Positions 1 to 12,469 of a DNA stretch of 64,000 nucleotides are shown here, piece after piece (position 1 is the first letter of the stretch; each line of letters begins with the position of its first letter). The DNA lies in assembly GCF_026571515.1 (NCBI RefSeq), contig NW_026856125.1:496001-560000 (forward strand), read 5' to 3'. The position numbers and the translations under genes are program-made. The DNA comes from Ruditapes philippinarum. Lineage: Eukaryota. The notes beneath the pieces were generated by a model. That model did not search any database. It was not told the DNA's origin and saw only the letters and a list, made by a program, of their open reading frames with translations.

Positions 1-69
1 ACATCTTATTATATTTTTCTCAAGTTTGATTTTATTGAAATATTTTGACTTATCTGGAGGCGTACAGCT
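1..69. mobile_element. End of a TTAA-flanked Kolobok-like MITE
   Basis: Ends ATCTGGAGGCGTACAGCT-TTAA; the paralog has an empty TTAA at ~19995. Confidence 0.65.
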
Positions 70-987
70 TTAACCTTCACTCATATTTGACATTGGCTTT
101 GAAGGTCAAATAATTGATTTTATCATTTTTTTGTGCTGTAATTGGCTATTACTTTGCTATTTATAAATGGATTAACTTCATATTTAGACATAGCATATTT
201 TAAGTTAGGACCTTCATGTATATCAAAATCAAATTGACCTCGACTCATGTTTGTCCTTGACGTTGCAGGTTAAACTATTAATTTTCACTGGTTTTTGCTA
301 TAAATGACTGTAACTTGGTAATCAATGATTGGATTATCTTCATACGTTGAGAAAACAACATTTTGGACAAGACCTTTTAAATGGTTTCATTGATCTTGAC
401 CTTGAGCTTTAAATAACATCGACCCTCAAGGCCAAATAATTGAATTATGGTTAAATTGTCATAATTTTGTTATTTATTTACTGATTTTAGTTAAACTTGG
501 ACAGAACAAGACTAACTTACCAAAGAAATATATTGAATAATTTAGATGAGACCTTGACCTTTAATTTTACACAATTAAAGAAATTCTCTTTTTTCTGTAA
601 CTGACTATACCTGTTATTTATAAATGAAATTTATAAATGACATTGACCGTCAAGGTCAAACTATTGTATTTTAGTTAATTTGTCATAAGTTTCTTATTTA
701 TGTACGGATTAGAATCATATGTGGAACTTTGATTATATTCTTTTCTTTAGTTTGTCCTTTATTCACAATGGAACAAAACAACAAATGTGACTAGACTAAA
801 ACTTATTTTTTCTTAAATGTCTTGTTAAAGATTTGTTTGAACAATGTATTTGTTTGCATTCAGAAAAAGCAAACAAGTCAAGCGTTGTCCATGACCGGCG
901 GTGGCTCTTGTTTGTTTAAAATTGAAAATAAATATATGTATGGTGTTTTGTATATCATATATACCGGTACGAGATATTTGATCTTAA

Positions 988-1294
988 AGCAGCATTCAGG
1001 CTAATTTTCATGAAAATTTTGAAACTGTATGAATGTGTATTATTGTGAAACAATGGCACTTACTAACACGTAAATTACCAAAAGGTGGTATAAATATGCA
1101 TAAGAAGTCTTTACTGCCTTAGTAACGCAGTAGAAATATAGTTTTCAATACTGAAAAATCAGTAATTAATCGTATATAATGTGTTTAATATTACTTGAAT
1201 TTTGAAACGTTTTTACTTTTTCATTACATCTTAGTACATTTGTATCAAGTTTGATTTTATTGAAATATTTTGTGTACTCTGGATGCATCTAGCT
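988..1294. mobile_element. Kolobok-like MITE
   Basis: TTAA-AG...CT-TTAA; empty site 'gattttaagtgaat' at ~20790; 3' part similar to 1-69. Confidence 0.7.
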
Positions 1295-2701
1295 TTAAGT
1301 GAATATTGCATATATTAATAAATAACCTGTCAAGATTACTTTCACCACAATTTTAATGTTTTCATGTTTCCTCCAACAGTTCGAAGCTGATAAAATTCAT
1401 TTTTAAAACAACTATTAAACATCTAGTCTTACTTTTATTTGCAATTCATTTCATGTTAGTGCAGTTATTAAAAATCAAAGCACAGAAGGCGCTGAATTTG
1501 TTTGGGTCTCAGAATGTCAGAAAGGTGAATGTTGTGAGATTTTAAACCGATTGTTTTTTGCATAGTGTCATAAATGCTGTTTCCAGTGTTATAACTGTAG
1601 TAAATTGGCTATAAGACTAATTGATTTATTTGACTTAAACAAATATAAAAAAAGATGCCTTAGCTGGAATTTGAACTCCAACCCCTCGCTTCCAAAGCAA
1701 GCGTGCAAACCCCTCGACAACGGGGAAGTTAACAGATAACAGTCTGGAGAGAACCATATTATTCTAAGTTTCGATATATTTTGTACACGGTAAACCTGTT
1801 GTTTAACACTGATGTAAATAATCACGGAGCTTCATATTTATAAGCATGTATATCTATAAAGAATAACGTTATATAAGGAATTTTCGACCAATCGGGAACT
1901 ATTTTTTCTTTATCGAGAAGGCTTGAAAATTAATGCGCCTGTCATTTGACAATCTTTACGCTGTGATCTCCCTTTAAATTTTTCGGCGTTAGTTAGCATA
2001 TAAAGGGAAATATTCACTTCGAGGAGTTTGGACTACTTTCGGTATTTGCACATAAGCACATCAGGGTCTGAAAAACTACCATTATTTGTTTGGTCTGACG
2101 ACCAAAACAAATTAAAAGTACGTTAAAAGAAAAACACACATTTGTTTAATCTATTTGAGACGTTATTTATGCGACGTCATCACAGCAATCGTTTTCTGTC
2201 AGGTTCGTGACGTTGCTTATCCAAAAATTTGAAATAGGGGAGATCCTCCGAAATAAATAAGATGTAAAAGTTCAACATCTTTTACGTCCCTCAGCACTGG
2301 CGCTAAAGCGGTAATCAATCTTCAACAGAAAATGTGCTTGAATCCATGATCAAGAAGGACCAGAGAAATGTAATAATACTGAATTGAAGAAGAGATGAGA
2401 GTAATGAATGTTAAAGAAATCATTATCATTCATAAAAATTAAACATTGTTTTTAGTTTTGTTATAACGTAATAATTACATCATAAAATGATAGGGTTTTT
2501 ATCTATGTATTGATTAAGCTGAAATGAGTTTTTTTGCGGTATAGTATATATTAACAAAAATGAGAGTTGAAAATTAGTTTTCCCATGAAGCTATACCCTA
2601 CCCATGATTGCTATTTGGTAGAAAACGTTTATTTTTATCCAAAACATCATTAAGTTTTTTGTTTATTGCACATCTTTTGAGTTCTGCTTTTACTCTTTCA
2701 G

Positions 2702-2745
2702 AATATGTCTACGTACCAGAAGGAATGACATGGCATCAGGCACAG
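2702..2745 (+). CDS. C-type lectin gene copy 1, exon 2 (exon 1 is upstream of the window)
   Basis: tttcag|..|gtattt; 44 nt, phase 1-0; encodes YVYVPEGMTWHQAQ (CTLD beta1/alpha1 'TWxxA'); paralog at 21468-21511. Confidence 0.85.
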
Positions 2746-4348
2746 GTATTTATGATAAAAACATAGAAAACAGTAGAAAGTAGAAAATTCTAATTCCAGA
2801 TTTTAAAAGCATGTGAATTTAAGATAAAAATGACATGAATTAATGTGACAGGTAGACCATGCGATCAACAGGAGATTACTTATTTTTGTTTTGGGTAAAC
2901 ACTCATGGGAGACACAGGCAATATTTTTATTTCTTCCTTTTGTTTTTTTCCATTTATTATCTGTAAATGTCCTCAAATGAATAAACTAGGCAGTCATAGG
3001 AACAAAACTTTTCACCTTAAATAAATAAATGGTGGTTTCCTAAATAGACCCACGTGGATCAGGTTAGAGCGTTAAGATTTCACAAATAGGTGTCACAGTG
3101 AACTCTGAAAACGTTTAGGAACATGTCAAATGAATACAATCATACAATATCCACAATATATGTTATTGTAACATCAAGAGTTTGTTAAAGTCGCTTTGTT
3201 TTAAACCTACTCAGTGATTCTGTCGGTATCTAAATTTTGTTCAGCATGGATATTTTAACGCTTCAAACTCAAAATATATTTAATTTATGCCGAAATGCAT
3301 GCTAGGACTTAAAAATGTTATTTTAGCATGATAAGGAGTACATAAGATCAATTTAAATATTTCTGTCATTTATTTTCCTGAGTATCTTGTTTTTCTTTGA
3401 TACGACTAACAAGACAAATATTTAAATAGCTAAATTTAGCATTGACGTACAGTGCAGTAAAACAAATAAGCATTCTAATGATTAAATGCTGTCTTTGGAA
3501 CTCATTAATTTAATTGTCTGATATCAAAAGTATTTCTTTAGAAGCAGACTGGATTTTTAAGTGTTTGAACCGTTGCCGTCTGTTTTAGATGGTTTGCAAT
3601 ATTTAAATGTTGCCGACAATGCCTATATTCTGGTCTTTAATATAGCGCAAAACAGAAATTGTCCTAACCTATTCGTTTTGACAGTTTGCATTGAAACAAG
3701 AATATAGTTAATCGAAGCCGTTGGATTTCCGGATTTCCAATAATTTTATTTTCCTAGCACGTCTGTCGATATTTTCATTATGATTATGATTGAAACAATA
3801 TTTATTATTGTTTCTGTCTATTGACGCTGTTTCGTTAAAGGCTATAACGCTTTCCGTAACGAAATATTATCTAAGTTAGGTAATTTGTAAATGCTTAAAT
3901 GAATTATGTCGTTTCCTTACAGAATGATCAATTCTCAGAGGAATTGAAACGTAAAATGTCTCTGTTATATATGAAAACATGAAAACTGTACTTAAACAGA
4001 ATGAAATGTTCAAGAACAGTATTTATATATNNNNNNNNNNNNNNNNNNNNNNNNNNNNNNNNNNNNNNNNNNNNNNNNNNNNNNNNNNNNNNNNNNNNNN
4101 NNNNNNNNNNNNNNNNNNNNNNNNNNNNNNNNNNNNNNNNNNNNNNNNNNNNNNNNNNNNNNNNNNNNNNNNNNNNNNNTTATAGCCTTATAAATGTATA
4201 ATAAAGCTATTAATCTGCTGCCTAAAGATTTCAAAACTATTGTTTGAAAAAAAAATGTAAATACCGGTATGAAAGAAATGTGTAACACTTTCTATATTTC
4301 CGATATAATATAATTTTGATAAAAAATGTATGTTTAATGAAATCACAG

Positions 4349-4433
4349 GACAATTGCAAAGCTAAAGGGGGATCGTTGGTGGAGTTTGGTTCAAATGAAG
4401 AAAGGGAGCTTGTGGAAACGAACATCTTACAGG
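4349..4433 (+). CDS. C-type lectin gene copy 1, exon 3
   Basis: cacag|..|gtttgt; 85 nt; DNCKAKGGSLVEFGSNEERELVETNILQ (CTLD C-x3-GG-x-L..EE motif). Confidence 0.85.
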
Positions 4434-4722
4434 GTTTGTCTATATTGTTTTTCAGGTAAAAGGCGGATTAAGGTTAAATAGTTGTTTGAAAAGATTAATG
4501 AATACAAAATAAGGATGTATACATATAACTTTTTCTTACGATGTTTTAATTAACCAAGTTAATAAAAATTTCTGTTACACTTGAAATTGTGAACTTGCGT
4601 TTGCTTCTATCTAAGATGCTGAAAATTTTAAATCATGTTCAATTTCAATCTGCTTAGTTTTCTCTTGGTCGACACCGATGTCTGCTAGTCCCATTGCTAT
4701 ATATTATGTTTTTTTTCTTCAG

Positions 4723-4958
4723 GTTTTGGTCATGGTGCAGGGGTATGGATAGGTGCATATGATGACAATATGGACGAGATTTTTCTCTGGTCTGACGGTA
4801 CCGTTGTCAATGACATTTTCATAAAATGGGGACCTACTGATCCAGACCTTCACGATCATACTGAACATTGTGTATTATTTGCAAACACAAATGGTATCTG
4901 GGCTTCGCATGATGTTTTGTGTAGTAGAGCTCCATCAAGCGTATGCCAACTGGACTAA
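4723..4958 (+). CDS. C-type lectin gene copy 1, last coding exon
   Basis: ttcttcag acceptor; GFGHGAGVWIGAYDD..FLWSDGT..KWGPTDPDLHDHTEHCV..WASHDVLC..VCQLD*; WIG, WSDG and the three C-terminal Cys of a CTLD; AATAAA overlaps the stop. Confidence 0.9.
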
Positions 4959-7900
4959 TAAACTAGTTGACATTACGGACATTTATTCATTTTTAACTTG
5001 CTTGACATTATTGTTGATGTAAAAAGATAAAAGATAACAATTGTGTGTCAGAGTAATACCATCTCCTTTAATGCTGTAGATTGAACCTCTGTATAAAACA
5101 TTCATAGAATATTCAATTTGATAGATTTGTCTAGAATCGAAGCAGATTAAGGCATAGACATGAATATGAATTGACCTATAAAGGATGAAACCACTTCTCA
5201 AAAAAAAAAAATAGATAAAAATGCATGGATTGAATTTTGTTGTAGATATTGTCTTACATTCTTTCAGCATCCAACACTTTTTGAACTCCTAAAACATATA
5301 TCCGTAGTTTTATAATGATGATGAATTTTCGTTTACTAATGCTCTAATTCATGTGCACTGGCTTGCGTCAATTTGTACAACACCAATAAATACCCTTCTC
5401 TCTGCATCGGCTACACTTGTATTATTATTTCTTTAGCCAATGTAATTTGATAAATAGATTAATGTTCATCATGCGTTTAATTAACTTATTATAAAGAAAT
5501 AATGAACGAATTCAGCATGTGTCACATTACAATGATTGGTTTTAATGAAATGTCACTGTGTGAGAAACCATGGACTCTCGGAATACTGTTTCGCGGTTCA
5601 ACCGACTGAGCTATCCTACCGCATACACATTATCTCCCCTAAATAGTGAACAGTATAAATATAACTTACGACCCCTCGTACATATCAGATAGCCTCGTGT
5701 TTCGATGATCATTAAATATGAAACCCCAGAAAAAGGTAATCAATGAACGAGCATCTGAAAATGTTATTTCTATCGCTTTCCCATTCTCTGCCGGCACAAA
5801 AAGTAAACCCCAGCAAAAATGAGTCAATCAATGGGCATGCTCTAGAGTGCGGGTCTCCAGTTTTTGTACTGTGCATGTACAGGTATTCGATTTCACTATG
5901 CCACATTATCAACAGCACTATGCCACATTATCAACAGAAAGGTCCCCAAACTATTATGCAAATATAACTTACTAGGCATTAACATTCCTTGGCTCTTTAC
6001 CTGCAGGTTTATCATTTAAATGAATTCAATGTATATATTAGTCAAAGACATGAAGAACATTTTAAGTATGAACAATTTTGTAATTAAAACAAATTCATTC
6101 CGCATTGACTTAGATGTAACTTGAAGTTGCATTTTCATAGTGATTAAGAAGATTTACAAAAATTGTTGTAAATTGCCTTGGCAGTAAATAAAAGTTTTTG
6201 AATTCTATTTATAATTCTGACACTTTCGGGATTTACCGATGACCACAATAAGGTCACAAAATATAATAAGGGATCTAAATAATAAATACGCTTACACATT
6301 ATTTGAATTAATTTTAAAAGTAAAACTAGTCAAATGGTTATGCAACTATTAAGTGTGACAAAAATGCGGATCGCTTGTCAAAAAAAACAAACAAACCAAA
6401 AAAAAAAAAAAAAAAAAAAAAGGAAAGAAAAATGAAAACTATTTCTCTACTATTCTAGTATTGACAATGAAAATGATATAAAAACACTTACTGAATAAAT
6501 ATATAATTATACAGACATAAATATGTGAACAAAAATTCATGTTAGCCCTTCTTTTTGTCATCGCCTATCAATGCACAAGTTCTAATATATAAGTGCATGA
6601 ATATCTAACCTTATCGTATGTACACATTTAATATAATGTATGTACCTCCCAAATGGCAGAATGACTTTATCTGCCTTGGTTCATGCAAAGTTTTGAACAA
6701 TCAAAGATTGAAAAATTGTAAGTTAACAGGTCAAAAGATACTACCCTCAACTCTGTATTGAGTATAAGCATAGGATAAAAATGTCACCGTACGCGTGATA
6801 CTGATGCCATAAAACAGGAACGACTATTTTAAAAACTCCGATACACTTAATGACGAATTCAGAGAAAGTGCATTTAGTTTAAACATATTTATTTCAANNN
6901 NNNNNNNNNNNNNNNNNNNNNNNNNNNNNNNNNNNNNNNNNNNNNNNNNNNNNNNNNNNNNNNNNNNNNNNNNNNNNNNNNNNNNNNNNNNNNNNNNNNN
7001 NNNNNNNNNNNNNNNNNNNNNNNNNNNNNNNNNNNNNNNNNNNNNNNNNNNNNNNNNNNNNNNGATTAGAACGAAAGAAAATTATATAGTTCCTCTCCCT
7101 AAGTGCATTTGTTAAATTTATTTTCAAATTTTCTAAACACTTATTAAAATCTATAAACAGCAAATTTTATATTATTCAAGAGCAATGACATTGGTTAAGG
7201 CACCGGCTGAATACTTTTTGCATTATAAATAAGAACCAATACAGGAATAGTGTAATGAAACAAAATAAAGTGTTCTGGAACATTATATGGCTATTTCAAG
7301 AATGGTTATAACCGTTTAGCAATGGTATTAATGGTATCTTGCATGCGCCATTCTCTTTTGAGGCAATTTACTATCATATTTCTTGTATATAGGCATTTGC
7401 AAGTATTTGAAAACTGAAACAATAATCTTTAAAACAGATAAATAGCTTAGTACACTGTTAAACCCTATTTTATCGAAATCAGCTTGTATAGACTGATAAG
7501 AAATCTTTATAAGATATATTAGTCTATTTTTGTAAAATTAGTATGCCTATGATATTTGGAAATTCCAAACTTCCTCTACTTATGTCTACTTACGTTATAC
7601 AAATAATTCAGATGTGAAGAAATCATAAATAAGTCAATTTTCTGATTAAAATCTAATTTAAAGATTATTATTGATTACTCAAAATTGCATTCGGTGTATG
7701 TTGCATCGTCTTTGCAAACTGGTTGTTGTGGAGGGGCAAATTACAATCCTTAGGGTATTTTTCAGTGAAACAACATGCAAAATATCTATGAAATGGGAGA
7801 ATATTTCTATAATATTGTTGACATGCAAGTCTTAGACATTTGACCATATGGACATATCTTATTTATTTTTGGTAAAGATAGACTAGGCAATAATACATTC

Positions 7901-8721
7901 AAATAGCTAAGTATAAAACATTTAACGTCGTCTGAAGAACGTGTTCTGCAGATAGTGTCTGAAGAAGTCTAAATCTCTGTTCTGCAGATAGTGTCAAAAG
8001 CTTTTTATTTCATTTGATTGGTTTAAAAGATACAGAGCAGGGACAAAATTGATTACAAACCGACATATTTTAAATACATAAATTCTAAGAAACAGGTATT
8101 TTACAACATGTATAATTTACTTTGCCATGAACTTAATGAAGCATTTTTAAATCTCAATTGTATCCAGAGTTTATCATCGCATCAAATTATCTATGTTTTT
8201 TCCCATTTAAATATAAGTAGACATATACATACATTTGTATTTATAAACAAAGTGCAATAAAACACAAATAGTTTTGCTTCGTGTATATTAACATTTCACA
8301 AATAAGAAAAACAGAAAGAAAATCGTATTTGAAATCGGTAGTATCCACTTGTGTCTTACTACAAAGAACCTAAAATAAAAATAAAAGACGGACATGAAAT
8401 AAAAGAAAATACGAAAAAAAGAATAATAATTCAGATATTGTATTCATTAACTAATCAAACTTACATTCTTACATTCGGTATGGTTCAAAAGTACACTTCT
8501 GGCGTTTTTTTTTTAAATATGATATTTAAAACTGATATATTACTTTCTGGATTTAAATAATTCGCTTGCTCAGAAAGAACTTTTAGAGACGTGAAATCTA
8601 GGATTATTGCCAGAAGGTTTCAGTCTGATCCGCTAACATATGTTGTTTTGAAAAAGAAATAAATGAAATTTATTTAAAAGCATATGATTATGTTTTTAAT
8701 ACCAATCAACACTGTTGTGTG

Positions 8722-8861
8722 TTAGCACGGAAATATTTGCATAGAATCTCCCATGCAATCGCTCTCACGCCCCGTACTACATCTTCTTATCCCAGCACGT
8801 GTTCCAGATCCGCATGTCACAGAACACGAGCCATAAAACCATTCTGACCAGCTTGGTGTTA
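8722..8861 (-). pseudogene. Orphan duplicate of the terminal TSP1 exon
   Basis: Intact acceptor; LTPSWSEW..CSVTCG..DCMGDSMQIFPC*; a 1-nt insertion creates TAA before the last Cys; upstream EGF exons deleted (junction ~9260-9300). Confidence 0.8.
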
Positions 8862-9299
8862 CTTTCAACAAGAAAAAGGCATTGAATATTAATAAAAAGA
8901 AAACACGTATAGTTATCGCATATATTAGGGAGCTGGAGTTCCTGAAACCATATATTTTTAAATTCTTGCAGAAATCTGGCCAAACACTTATACTGATCGT
9001 GTATTGTCATATTAAACATACACGTGCTTGTTTAAAAAAAGTGAACTAATTCGATACATTAATATGAATTTGTTGAATTCTAGGTATCTTATCACCTCGG
9101 GTTATTGAAACTCGTGTAATTCTAAGAGATATATTTTTGACATTTCTGTATGTTTCAATCTCAGTTAAGTGTATAAACCAATATATATTTTTTGGAAAAA
9201 ATATTGTCTGAATGTTAAAAAAATGATTTTTCCGAAATGCTGATATGAATTTAATATGGCATGAAAAGCAAAATCATTGTAAAATCAATGTTAAATAAC

Positions 9300-9953
9300 A
9301 GAGACATCCTCTATTACATCTCTTCCAAGGATTTGTCATACGATTATGGAACCAATATAAGTTTAAGATGGCCCCTACAAATGTGACATTTGAATAGGCA
9401 TTTTTTCTGAAACATGGGTTTCATCACTTCCATCCAGAATAAAAAAAACCCAGAGCATGCAGTAGAAGCACCCGGCTCATCCCTCCAAAGAAATTCAACA
9501 GGGTGCCATCAGCACTGACTAACTTCAGCAGGTCGTTCCATAAACGGTACATAATATGCAATCGAATTTAGACTTCTGCGTAAAAAATATCGCGCGTAAA
9601 AATAAGGACAAACTGACTCAAGGTGTTCTGCTCTTGCACGACAATACGATGACTGCTGCCACCGACTGCGGCTTAGAAATTCTTCCCCATCCCCCATGTT
9701 CTCCGGACTTTGCTTCCTCTGACTTCTGCCTGTTTACGACTGAAAACCATGTTTCGTGGTAGACGTTTTGGAAGAATGCAGTTGTCATGGAGGCGGCCAA
9801 AATATAGGTGACATTTTGAAGGGTATAACAAGTTGGAGCACAGGTGGGCAAAGTGCATTGATGTAGAGGGCGATTATATTGAAAGTAAGACTATAAGTTC
9901 GGTTCTCTTACTACGTAAGTACATCGGGCCAAGAACTTTTTGATCAATCCTCG
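9300..9953 (+). mobile_element. Mariner right half (duplicate of ~39945-40611)
   Basis: LLLHDN..ILPHPPCSPDFASSDF motif; right TIR ..TTTTTGATCAATCCTCG-TA. Confidence 0.85.
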
Positions 9954-10512
9954 TATCTACTCAAAACTTTGATATAAAACTTTCTTAGGCAGTTATTGGT
10001 CGGGGTTTTTGTGAATACTTGTAGTTAAATTATTGAAGAGCTTACCTATCTCACAATTATTTTCGTACCAACCGGAACAATAACATAAATAGCCCTGCTG
10101 GTTACTGACACAAAGTCAACCATTTTTTGCACAGACTGCTTGAACAGTGGTCAACTTGTGTTACCTCTGTATTATGACATAACAAGTTATTTATACGGTA
10201 TAAATCCATATTTAAGTCGAGATTGAGAGAGATTTTAATTTAATCATATTGAAATGTTTACCACCATGAGTAGCCGTGTCGTGCACATGAAACATGTCTC
10301 TAGGTCACAGGTCAGGGTCAATCTTAGAGGTCATTCCAAATGTTAGTAGGGAGCAAAAATTCTACATGTATAGAGGGATTTAAATATAACTTGGGACAAA
10401 TGTTAACCATAGTGTCGCGCAATAAATTTAGGTCCCTCCACCACACCAAAGAAACGTCACACATAGACATCAAAGGTCAGATAAAAATATGAAGATATAT
10501 GTAGGGACCATT

Positions 10513-10721
10513 GTTTGTTTGTTTCATTCTACGCCTATTCCCAACAGTATTTCAGTCATATAGGCGGACAGTTTCATAACCATCGTCTATGGAGAGTTAC
10601 ACCGGAATCAAACTACCTTCCTATGTGCTAAACTACCAAAGCATTTCCGGGGATCGAACCCACGCCAGAGAGGCAACTGGATAATAAGTCATCGACTCTA
10701 ACCCCTCGACCACGGAGGCGG
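10513..10721 (-). mobile_element. tRNA-derived SINE
   Basis: Minus-strand A box (GTGGTCGAGGGG) and B box (GGTTCGATCCC), (AAAC)n tail, TSD gtagg(g/c)accatt; empty site at ~41170; same family as 54656-54841. Confidence 0.8.
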
Positions 10722-11943
10722 TGTAGGCACCATTAAGTCATCACTAATTGTGTGAATGTAACACAAATGGTCATTATCATGACTAAGGCGGTACACGTAC
10801 TATTAAGGTCAATATATGCAAGGTCACGGTCACGGTCATAAAATATGATGAAATATACAGATTTCGTCAGGAGCATATATCCTACATGTAAAGCAGAATT
10901 TATATAATACTTTATATCAATGTTAAACACCATGAGAAGTATTGCTCTACACAAATCTGACTAAAGTTCAGATCAAGTCATTTCTTTTATGAAGATCTGA
11001 TGTCTCGCCTTCTTTATATTTCGAATTTTCTATTTTTATCAATGTAATAAATCGGTATTTACATAGGCATTAGAAGAAGTTTCAGAATACCGTTATCCGT
11101 AGAAGTTATACAAATTGATGATTTTTGTAATTGGTCAGTTTTTAATGGGCAAGATTGTTTTGACAGTTTACCTGTCGGCTATATAGACAACAGAAATGTT
11201 TGTTCTCGTTATCGTGAAAATTAACAACTAAGTATTGGTTATCTCAGAATTTAACTTAAAAACCACATCGCTTTCAAAATCACGAAAGCGCGCCGATGAT
11301 TCGCTGTGAGAAGGGTCACCAAAATGATTTTCTATTTGGACACGGTCAGATCTAAAAGAAGAGCGTTATTTAAATCTGGTTTTAATTAGATAGTGCTCTT
11401 TGCATGATTAAGATATCTAGATAGAAACAAGGTAACATTAAGAGCTAATTTAAAAACGCTTGTTCGGAGCAAAACATATACATTCATAGAGGAATTTTGA
11501 TAAAAAAAGTAACTTGGGACAAATGTTCACCATTGTAAGGCCGAGTGCCGGGCGCGAAATTCGGTCCTAGCAATCAAAGTCAAGGTCACACATAGAAGTT
11601 TTGCAAGTCAAGATCATACGAGATGATTATATTGCCAGATATTGTGCAGAGCATATCTTCTACATACAAAGAGGAATTTTATTGTTATTTTACAGAATTG
11701 TTGACCGCTATTAGACGCAGTGTCTTGCTTACAAACAGGTCTCTAGATCAAAAGTCAAGGTCACAGTAAGATTTATTTTGTAATAAAACGCTTGTCTCGA
11801 GCAAGCCTTCTACAAGAATTAAGGGATTTTATATTTACTTGGCAAATGCAGAAAGTTTCACACACTCCCTAGTATCAGTGAAGTAACATAAGTTTTTGCA
11901 GAAATCATGCACACACAGTAACTGTAATTTTTTTGTCATTTAA

Positions 11944-12293
11944 AGCTGCACGCCTCCAGATGAGCCAAAAAAATCAAGAAATTCAAAATTGAGAAAAATG
12001 TACTATTATTTTAAGAAAAGTAAAAACATTCAAGATTCAATTTATATTTTACATTTTATATTCGGTCTTAGACTGATTTTCCCCAGTATTCAATCACCAT
12101 ATTTCTACTGCGTTACTATTGCAGTGGCTGTTTTTGCATATGTTGCTCACTTTGGGAAAATTTCTTGGATTGTAAGTGCCGATTGCAATATATACTGTAA
12201 ATTGCTTTATTTGTTCACCTCGAAATAATTTACTATTAAATTCATTTCAAAAATATTCATGAAAATTTACATGAATCTGAAGGCGTGTTGCTT
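11944..12293. mobile_element. Kolobok-like MITE
   Basis: TIRs AGCTGCACGCCTCCAGAT / ATCTGAAGGCGTGTTGCT, TTAA on both sides. Confidence 0.7.
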
Positions 12294-12469
12294 TTAAAGG
12301 ATCTGACATATACTGAGATAACATCAAATTCTTTATTTCTTATGTGTTACACATACCTTAAGATATGTTAATTTGTTTAGAACTTTATTTCTTAATGTGT
12401 TCAAAATACCTTAAGATAAAATTAAACTTTTATTTTTTTAATGTGTTTAACATAACTATAACAAAAACA

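Larger units (their letters stand above)
70..11845 (+). repeat. Segmental duplicate 1 (lectin gene + 3' end of EGF-TSP1 gene)
   Basis: Collinear similarity to ~19990-41925 through introns, UTRs and shared TEs, with copy-specific indels. Confidence 0.9.

Noticed and set aside
1655-1725. tRNA genes (also 5560-5623, 10640-10720, 29755-29818)
   Set aside because: Only A/B-box-like heads without a complete cloverleaf; best explained as SINE-derived.
3979-4288. ORFs spanning N runs (also 6894-7163, 30437-30850)
   Set aside because: Artefacts of assembly gaps. The 4031-4180 gap also means I cannot tell whether the 22189 HINE is present in copy 1.
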